A stretch of DNA of 32,000 nucleotides from Acaryochloris marina S15. GTDB lineage: Bacteria; Cyanobacteriota; Cyanobacteriia; Thermosynechococcales; Thermosynechococcaceae. The translations under genes were made by a program, and so were the position numbers. This document shows, in pieces, positions 24,653 to 32,000 of this stretch; position 1 is the stretch's first letter, and the number at the start of each line of letters is the position of its first letter. The stretch spans positions 2,070,001 through 2,102,000 of the forward strand of contig NZ_CP064923.1 of assembly GCF_018336915.1 (NCBI RefSeq). The letters are read 5' to 3'. The notes beneath the pieces are model-generated. The model saw only the letters and a program-made list of their open reading frames with translations, ran no database searches and was not told the origin of the DNA.

Positions 24653-27058
24653 ATGGTAATCCATAGCCAATCGACATCAGCACCCATGCAGACAGGGAAT
24701 TTACCCGATCCGCGGGTGCATTCTTCCGCCTATGTTCACTCATTTGCAACAGTAATGGGTGATGTTCGTGTGGGGGCAAATGCGCTGATTGCGCCTGGCA
24801 GCAATATCCAGGCCGATCAAGGATTTCCCTTCCACATTGGCGACAACGTTAATATCCAGGATGGAGCAGTCATTCATGCCATCGAGCCAGGGCAAGTCCG
24901 CGGTAAGGATGGTCAGAATTATGCAGTTTGGATTGGTGATAACAGTTGCGTCACCCATATGGCCCTGGTGCATGGCCCTGCATTTATCGGTGACAACTGT
25001 TTTATCGGTTTTCGCTCGACGATCTTTAACGCCAAGGTGGGTGATAACTGCGTAATCATGATGCACGCTTTGATTCAGGGGGTAGAGATTCCACCTGGCA
25101 AGTATGTGCCTTCTGGTGCCGTAATCACGAAACAGGAGCAGGCCAACCTCCTACCTGATGTATTGGCAAGCGATCGCAAATTTACCCAGCAAATTATTCA
25201 CGTTAACGAAGCCCTAAAAGATGATGTCTCCGGGGCTAGCCCACACACCTCTATTCGACCCGCCCGAACCAATATCGGCCCTTCTCAATCACACCGTTTT
25301 ACTACTGATACCAAGCCAATGAACCATACCACCCTAGATGCTGCAATTGTGAGTCAAGTTCGGTCACTCCTGGCACAAGGATATCGAATTGGCAGTGAGC
25401 ATGCCGACAAACGCCGATTCCAAACTAGCTCTTGGCAGAGTTGCCCATCCATTACTAGTACCAATGAATCACAAGTTTTGGCAGGGATAGAATCTTGCAT
25501 GTCGGAACATCAAGGGGAATATGTTCGGTTAATTGGTATTGATACCCAAGCCAAACAGCGAGTGTTGGAAACTATTATTCAACGTCCGGATGGTCCAGTG
25601 AAGTCGGCGTCTATCAGTTCTGTAACTAAGACCATCAAAAATTACACTACCAGCCATATCAGCAGCAGCGGCAGCATTGATGCGGAAATCATTGCTCATG
25701 TGCGCTCCCTCCTCGGTCAAGGCTATCGAATTGGGACCGAACATGCCGACAAACGCCGATTCCAAACCAGCTCCTGGCACAGCTGCTCTCCTATTGCTTC
25801 GCAACAAGAGTCGCAGGTGGTGGCAGCCTTGGAGGCCTGCATCGTTGAACATCAAGGTGAATATGTTCGCTTGCTGGGCATTGATACCCAGGCTAAACAA
25901 AGGGTGTTCGAAACAATTATTCAACGCCCAAGTGACCAGCCTACTGCAGCCCCTAAAGCATCCCGACCCGCTTCATCTTCAAGCAGCAGTTACGCCAGTA
26001 CAAGTTATGCCAGCAGCAGCCCTAGCAGTAGGGCCAGCACTGGTTTAGGTGCAGATGCCATTGCTCAAGTCCGCTCTCTCCTTGCTCAAGGCTATCGCGT
26101 CGGTTCTGAGTATGCGGATAAGCGACGATTCCAAACTAGCTCTTGGCAAAGCTGCACACCCATCAATTCCAAGCAAGAATCTCAAGTTATTGCCGCCTTG
26201 GAAAGCTGTGTTGCAGAACATCCTGGCAACTATGTCCGCTTAATCGGGATTGACCCGAAAGCCAAACGTCGGGTCCTAGAAGTCATCATTCAGCGCCCAG
26301 ACGACAATAGTAAGGCTAGTACACCTGCCCCTAAAGCGAGATCAGTCAGCTCCAGCTCTAGCTACTCCAACAAGGTGGAAAGTAATAGTTCGAGCTACCG
26401 TCCCGCCCCTTCGATTGGCATGGATGGAACGGTAGTGAATCAGATTCGCTCTCTCTTAGCCCAAGGCTATCGAATTGGCACTGAATATGCAGACAAGCGT
26501 CGGTTCCAAACAAGTTCTTGGCAGAGCTGTACCCCTATTGCTTCCCAGCAAGAATCTCAGGTCATTGCTGGAGTGGAAGCCTGTATGGCTGAACATCCCA
26601 ATGATTATATTCGTCTGATTGGCATCGACAAGCGAGCTAAAAAGCGAATGTCTGAAACAATTATTCAACGTCCTGGCGGATCTACTGCGACTCAATCATC
26701 AGTGAAGACGTCAAGTTCTCGCTCTTATCAAGCCCCTGCGGCCCAAAGCTCTCGAGGACGTGGATTTAGCCCCCAAAATAGTGGTGGTTTAGATGCTGAT
26801 ACCGTAGCGCAAGTGCGATCGCTCTTGGCCCAAGGCTATCGAATTAGTACAGAATATGCGGACAAGCGCCGGTTCCAAACCAGTTCTTGGCAAAGCTGTC
26901 CTCCTATTAAAACCCAGCAAGAATCTCAGGTGATTGCCGCGTTAGAAACCTGTATGGCGGATCATCAAAAAGAATATGTCCGTTTAATCGGTATTGATAC
27001 CGATGCCAAGCGACGCGTCTTAGAATCCGTTATCCAGAAGCCTGTGGCAGCTCGCTAG
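24653..27058 (+). CDS. ccmM: Carboxysome assembly scaffold CcmM: N-terminal gamma-carbonic-anhydrase-like domain plus five RbcS-like SSUL modules
   Basis: The 801-aa ORF has GGGGAG 8 nt upstream of its ATG. The N-terminal left-handed beta-helix carries His residues in a gamma-CA-like arrangement ([15 protein letters not shown]). Five repeats of the SSUL signature [10 protein letters not shown]...[14 protein letters not shown]...YVRLIGID...IIQRP follow. Confidence 0.95.
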   Translation: MVIHSQSTSAPMQTGNLPDPRVHSSAYVHSFATVMGDVRVGANALIAPGSNIQADQGFPFHIGDNVNIQDGAVIHAIEPGQVRGKDGQNYAVWIGDNSCVTHMALVHGPAFIGDNCFIGFRSTIFNAKVGDNCVIMMHALIQGVEIPPGKYVPSGAVITKQEQANLLPDVLASDRKFTQQIIHVNEALKDDVSGASPHTSIRPARTNIGPSQSHRFTTDTKPMNHTTLDAAIVSQVRSLLAQGYRIGSEHADKRRFQTSSWQSCPSITSTNESQVLAGIESCMSEHQGEYVRLIGIDTQAKQRVLETIIQRPDGPVKSASISSVTKTIKNYTTSHISSSGSIDAEIIAHVRSLLGQGYRIGTEHADKRRFQTSSWHSCSPIASQQESQVVAALEACIVEHQGEYVRLLGIDTQAKQRVFETIIQRPSDQPTAAPKASRPASSSSSSYASTSYASSSPSSRASTGLGADAIAQVRSLLAQGYRVGSEYADKRRFQTSSWQSCTPINSKQESQVIAALESCVAEHPGNYVRLIGIDPKAKRRVLEVIIQRPDDNSKASTPAPKARSVSSSSSYSNKVESNSSSYRPAPSIGMDGTVVNQIRSLLAQGYRIGTEYADKRRFQTSSWQSCTPIASQQESQVIAGVEACMAEHPNDYIRLIGIDKRAKKRMSETIIQRPGGSTATQSSVKTSSSRSYQAPAAQSSRGRGFSPQNSGGLDADTVAQVRSLLAQGYRISTEYADKRRFQTSSWQSCPPIKTQQESQVIAALETCMADHQKEYVRLIGIDTDAKRRVLESVIQKPVAAR
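25334..27043 (+). repeat. Five tandem protein-level SSUL (Rubisco small-subunit-like) modules inside ccmM
   Basis: The 85-codon units lie at 25334-25588, 25676-25930, 26045-26299, 26420-26674 and 26789-27043. Ser/Pro/Ala-rich linkers of 29-40 codons separate them. All coordinates were verified to be in frame with the ATG at 24653. Confidence 0.9.
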
Positions 27059-27130
27059 ATGTCCTTTCTAAAGGGTCTTAGTCTGAACGACTTTTCCACT
27101 CATAGCCTAAGAACCTAAGGTTCCTTGCTA

Positions 27131-27676
27131 ATGCAACTCTCACCCCCGCAACCCGTTAGTACCTCGCATTTTTGTGTGATTGGGGATGTCAGCATCCATC
27201 CCCACGCCAAAATTGCTCCCGGTGCTATCTTGCAGGCTGCCCCCCAAAGCAAAATTGTGATTGCAGCAGGGACCTGTATCGGGACGGGGGTTGTCATTCA
27301 AGCGTTTCAGGGCACTATTACCGTCGACAGCAATGCTGTTTTAGGAGCGGGAGTGTTGGTTCTAGGCAAGGTCACCATTGGCATCAACGCCTGTATTGGC
27401 GATTGCACAACCATTATCAATACTGATGTTGTGGCCCACCAGGTCATTCCAGAAGGCTCATTAATGGGAGACTCTGGCCGATCTTCTTTTGAAGAAGCTC
27501 CTGCCAGCGAGACGTCGCAACCTCTTCAAGATAATACCTATGCATGGTCAAGCCCTTCTCCAAGCCATAGCCCATCCCCGATAACTAGCAGGCCACAATC
27601 CAGGTCTCACGTGATCGGTCAAGCTTATGTAACGCAAATGCTGCAGGTCTTGTTTGCTCGTAACTCATCTCCGTAA
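27131..27676 (+). CDS. ccmN: Carboxysome assembly protein CcmN
   Basis: An N-terminal hexapeptide-repeat beta-helix (IGDVSIHPHAKIAPGAILQA...GTCIGTGVVIQA...GAGVLVLGKVTIGINACIG) is followed by a Ser/Pro-rich linker. A C-terminal amphipathic segment, VIGQAYVTQMLQVLF (27611-27655), is positioned like the CcmN encapsulation peptide. I prefer the ATG at 27131; a TTG at 27125 is the alternative. Confidence 0.88.
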   Translation: MQLSPPQPVSTSHFCVIGDVSIHPHAKIAPGAILQAAPQSKIVIAAGTCIGTGVVIQAFQGTITVDSNAVLGAGVLVLGKVTIGINACIGDCTTIINTDVVAHQVIPEGSLMGDSGRSSFEEAPASETSQPLQDNTYAWSSPSPSHSPSPITSRPQSRSHVIGQAYVTQMLQVLFARNSSP

Positions 27677-27777
27677 TCCCTATGCAAATCAGCTATTGCG
27701 GTTATTGTTAAACTGAACGAGACTAAACCAAAAGAATTTTTAGGTTCAACGTCTCCGCAAAAGTATTGCTCACCGAT

Positions 27778-28530
27778 ATGATTCCTGCATCAAAGTTAAA
27801 ACGGAAACGCAGACCCGATAGTGCCTTGGGTTTGTTGTCTACCCCAAGTTTTCCGGCGATTGTAGGGACAGCAGATGCAATGCTCAAGGCTGCGGAAGTA
27901 ACCTTGGTGGGCTATGAAAAGATAGGTAGTGGTCTATGTACCGTGATTGTGCGAGGCAATATTGCTGATGTACGTCTGGCAGTGGAAGAAGGCAGCCGCT
28001 TAGCCGAAAAGCTAGGGCAAACCGTCTCTAAACTGGTGCTTGCCCGACCCATGCCAAACTTAGAAGCGGTGTTTCCCATTGGTAGCCATCTAGTGGAAAT
28101 TGCTCAGCAGCAACGGGGCTATTCTCGCTTGAGCAACCAATCCATCGGTCTTCTGGAAACTAAAGGCTTTCCTGCCATGGTGGGGGCAGCTGATGCGATG
28201 CTCAAATCGGCCAATGTCCAACTCTCTGCCTATGAAACCATCGGAGCAGGATTATGTACTGCTATGGTCCGAGGGTCTGTTGCCAATGTTGCGGTTGCTA
28301 TTGAGGCGGGCATGTTTGAAGCAGAGCGAATCGGTGAGCTAAATTCGGTGATGGTGATTCCTCGGGTGATGGATGATCTCGAAGCAATGTTACCGGTGGC
28401 GAGCTGCTGGGTCGAAAAACCCTTACCCCTAATCTTCTCTAATAAGGTTAAAGAGAAGGAAAAAGAGTTGGTGCCATTAGGGGATCTAGAACAACTCTCT
28501 CGCACCATTGAGCAAGAACCCGATGCTTGA
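27778..28530 (+). CDS. ccmO: Carboxysome shell protein CcmO (tandem BMC domains)
   Basis: Two BMC domains are present: [44 protein letters not shown] and IGLLETKGFPAMVGAADAMLKSANVQLSAYETIGAGLCTAMVRG. I prefer the ATG at 27778; the in-frame TTG at 27766 used by the track is possible. Confidence 0.9.
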   Translation: MIPASKLKRKRRPDSALGLLSTPSFPAIVGTADAMLKAAEVTLVGYEKIGSGLCTVIVRGNIADVRLAVEEGSRLAEKLGQTVSKLVLARPMPNLEAVFPIGSHLVEIAQQQRGYSRLSNQSIGLLETKGFPAMVGAADAMLKSANVQLSAYETIGAGLCTAMVRGSVANVAVAIEAGMFEAERIGELNSVMVIPRVMDDLEAMLPVASCWVEKPLPLIFSNKVKEKEKELVPLGDLEQLSRTIEQEPDA

Positions 28531-28675
28531 ACTTGCGTCTAAAGCATTAATCTCTCTTGGGTTTGGGCAATATATATCTGTAACTGCAGGCAAGGTTATC
28601 TCCCAGTGGGCAGGAGAGATTCTGACAGCGAGATTGACAGAAGTCTCCCCCACTACCGATAATTATTGTTTGTGA

Positions 28676-30040
<1,365 letters not shown>

Positions 30041-30254
30041 GCCATTCTCCAAAACTTACTTGAGTAACACCCTCCATTTCCTCTAGACTTACCAGCTTGC
30101 GATCTCAACGCTGAATCTTTTGAACTGTTGAGAAGCAGTGGCTTACTCCTTTGGGCGGCTAAGAGGATACCTTAGGAATCCGGTTCATATCGTTTTTGGG
30201 CAGTAGTACCTTCTGATTCGGCGCCTAAGGAGTTAGATACCTGAGGAAAATAGT

Positions 30255-30986
30255 ATGGGAGATTGGTATAAAGCTGACCTGGCCTATATCCACGATATTG
30301 GATATGGCGATTTTGCTGACCAAGCGGCTGTCGAAATCTTGGTCTGCTTTCAAGCACATCAGATTGAATTGGGTTTAGTAGTCGATTTAGGCTGCGGTAG
30401 CGGCATCTGGGCAGATCACTTAGTCCAGGCGGGGTATCAAGTCTTGGGCATTGATATTTCGGAAGCCATGATTGAGCTGGCCCGCAATCGCGTTCCTACT
30501 GCAGAATTTCGGATGGAGTCCTTATTTACAGCCAGTCTTCCCACCTGTCAGGCGGTGACGGCCCTAGGGGAAGGTCTAAATTATTTATTCGACGCAGAAC
30601 ACAATTCATCTCGGTTAGGTTCTATATTCCAGCGAATCTTTGATGCCCTTGAGTCTGGAGGACTGTTTCTGTTTGATCTGGTGGAGCCAGGTCAGGTTGA
30701 ACAAGGGCAAGTCAGTCAGGGATTTAGAGAAGGGGACGATTGGATGGTTTTGGTTGAGAAACAAGAGGATTTGGAAAAGATGATCCTGACGAGACGGATC
30801 ATCACCTTTCGGCAAGAGGGTCGTCTGTATCGGCGGGATGAAGAAATTCACCGACAGCAGCTCTATAATGCCGAAGAGATTGCTGAACAGTTGAGTCAGA
30901 TAGGATTTCAAGTTCAAATCTCTAATGCTTATGGTGAATACGAACTTGCGATCGCACGTAAAGCCATCACAGCTCGAAAACCTTAG
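30255..30986 (+). CDS. Class I SAM-dependent methyltransferase
   Basis: It has the motif I sequence VVDLGCGSGIWADHL, followed by YQVLGIDISEAMIELAR. The substrate is not inferable. Confidence 0.8.
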   Translation: MGDWYKADLAYIHDIGYGDFADQAAVEILVCFQAHQIELGLVVDLGCGSGIWADHLVQAGYQVLGIDISEAMIELARNRVPTAEFRMESLFTASLPTCQAVTALGEGLNYLFDAEHNSSRLGSIFQRIFDALESGGLFLFDLVEPGQVEQGQVSQGFREGDDWMVLVEKQEDLEKMILTRRIITFRQEGRLYRRDEEIHRQQLYNAEEIAEQLSQIGFQVQISNAYGEYELAIARKAITARKP

Positions 30987-30990
30987 ACAC

Positions 30991-32000
30991 CTACTTGGAA
31001 GGCTGAATTTGCTTCTTGACCCGCTCTTGATTCAGCAAAGCTAGGGAATGATTGGGATTGAGACTAAGGGCTTGTTCTAGGCTAGCTAAGGCTTCAGGAA
31101 AATTCCCCAGCGCCTTTAGGGCTATCCCTTTCCCTGTCCAATAATCGGCATTTTTTTCATTAAAGGCGAGGGCTTTGTTATAGGCAGCCACCGCCCGACT
31201 ATAGGACCGCAAGCCCATCAGAGCGAGGGCTTTGTTATACCAAGCGCGATCAGATTTGGCATCCAGAGCCACAGCTTGATCCGCAGCAGCTAGGGCCTGT
31301 CCATAGTCTTCTAGTCGCCAATAGGCTGCACTTTGATTAATCCATATTTCTACTAGTGTCGGTTGCTTACCGGCATTGACATCTCCCTTTAAAGCTCGAT
31401 CGTAAGCCGCAACGGCTTCTTCTAACTTGCCAAGAGTTGCGAGAATCCGGCCTTGGTTGAACCAGGCTAGGGAAGATTGAGGATCATACTCCACGCCCTG
31501 TTCCGCAGCATCCAATGCCTCATCAAATCGCCCTAAACGCCACAGTGATAAAGCCCGAGCACTCCAAGCATGGGCATCTTGAGGCATGATGGCTAACGCA
31601 CGATCGATGGAGGTGAGGGCTTCCTTGAACCTGCCAAGACCAATCAGTGCTGTGCCCCGCTGGCTCCAGGCAAAGTCCAGCCCTGCCTCTCCCCAATCTC
31701 CGTCCCCTTCTTGGAAGGCTTTTTCGCAGCTGGCTAGGGCCGTCTCAAACTGGCGAAGTTGATTGGCATTGGCACATTGCTGAATTAGGGCCGCAGAAGA
31801 TTTAGGGGCCAGGGTAACGGCAAATTCATGGGAAGCTTGTGCCTGTTGATGTTCTCCCAATTGATCCAGCAAAATCCCCTGTTGAGACCACAGCTTGGGA
31901 TTCTCAGGGGCAAAAGCGAGAGCCTTGTCATAGTTTTCAAGGGCCTGATTATACTCTCCTAATTGTCGATGGAGTTGGGCAAGTTGGGACCAACCTATGG
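30991..32000 (-). CDS. Tetratricopeptide-repeat (TPR) protein. Partial: the 5' end lies beyond the right edge.
   Basis: TPR units repeat throughout (AWYNKALALMGLRSYSRAVAAYNKALAFNEKNADYW and similar). The track starts it at a TTG at 31872. My hand translation of 31873-31998 stays open and continues the TPR pattern (WSQLAQLHRQLGEYNQALENYDKALAFAPENPKLWSQQGIL), so the true start is outside the window. Confidence 0.85.
   Translation of the reverse strand, partial: IGWSQLAQLHRQLGEYNQALENYDKALAFAPENPKLWSQQGILLDQLGEHQQAQASHEFAVTLAPKSSAALIQQCANANQLRQFETALASCEKAFQEGDGDWGEAGLDFAWSQRGTALIGLGRFKEALTSIDRALAIMPQDAHAWSARALSLWRLGRFDEALDAAEQGVEYDPQSSLAWFNQGRILATLGKLEEAVAAYDRALKGDVNAGKQPTLVEIWINQSAAYWRLEDYGQALAAADQAVALDAKSDRAWYNKALALMGLRSYSRAVAAYNKALAFNEKNADYWTGKGIALKALGNFPEALASLEQALSLNPNHSLALLNQERVKKQIQPSK

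Noticed and set aside
24740-26695. Antisense and alternative-frame ORFs inside ccmM (24740-25066 -, 24789-25055 +, 25529-25924 -, 25677-26048 +, 26049-26243 +, 26456-26695 -)
   Set aside because: All overlap the strongly supported ccmM frame. They arise because the repeated SSUL coding sequence keeps other frames open, and none has a recognisable motif or RBS.
25334-27043. Periodic repeats in ccmM as a possible CRISPR array, tandem DNA repeat or extra rbcS genes
   Set aside because: The period is 342-375 nt and entirely in frame within one ORF. The units are conserved at the protein level but diverged at the DNA level, with no short direct repeats or spacers. They are SSUL domains, not stand-alone RbcS genes.
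27172-27426. An 84-aa alternative-frame ORF inside ccmN and a 60-aa antisense ORF at 27115-27297
   Set aside because: They are Cys/Arg/Gln-rich shadow frames of the hexapeptide-repeat region of ccmN.
30103-30133. A TCTCAAC...GTTGAGA stem (7 bp, 17-nt loop) after purA as a terminator
   Set aside because: The stem is short, the loop is large and no U-tract follows. This is too weak to list as a feature.

Overview
This is a cyanobacterial chromosomal window. The HIP1 octamer GCGATCGC occurs at least 11 times, and almost all genes are core functions. The centrepiece is a CO2-concentrating-mechanism supercluster. A beta-carboxysome shell and scaffold operon, ccmK2-ccmK1-ccmL-ccmM-ccmN-ccmO (23361-28530, + strand), is transcribed divergently from an NDH-1 CO2-uptake operon, ndhF3-ndhD3-cupA (22635-17931, - strand). 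The two are separated by a 725-bp AT-rich control region dense with dyad repeats. A second recognisable block is pipX-pipY-sepF-proC (5734-8726). The remaining genes are housekeeping or conserved unknowns: rluE, ecfT-like, pabB-like, a TM0106-type RecB-like nuclease, an orphan MalK-type ABC ATPase, an alpha/beta hydrolase, aroB, an M23 peptidase, a membrane protein, purA and a SAM methyltransferase. Two real genes run off the window edges and are therefore missing from the ORF track. One is a zinc-ribbon/kinase-like/PP2C phosphatase (1-1843, -). The other is a TPR protein (30991-32000, -). I found no tRNA, rRNA, CRISPR array, transposase, integrase or phage genes. I see no convincing novel multi-gene system. 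The best follow-up targets are the five-module CcmM, the candidate operator repeats in the ndhF3/ccmK intergenic region, the unusual PP2C architecture and the Cas4-like/RNase-H-like fusion nuclease.
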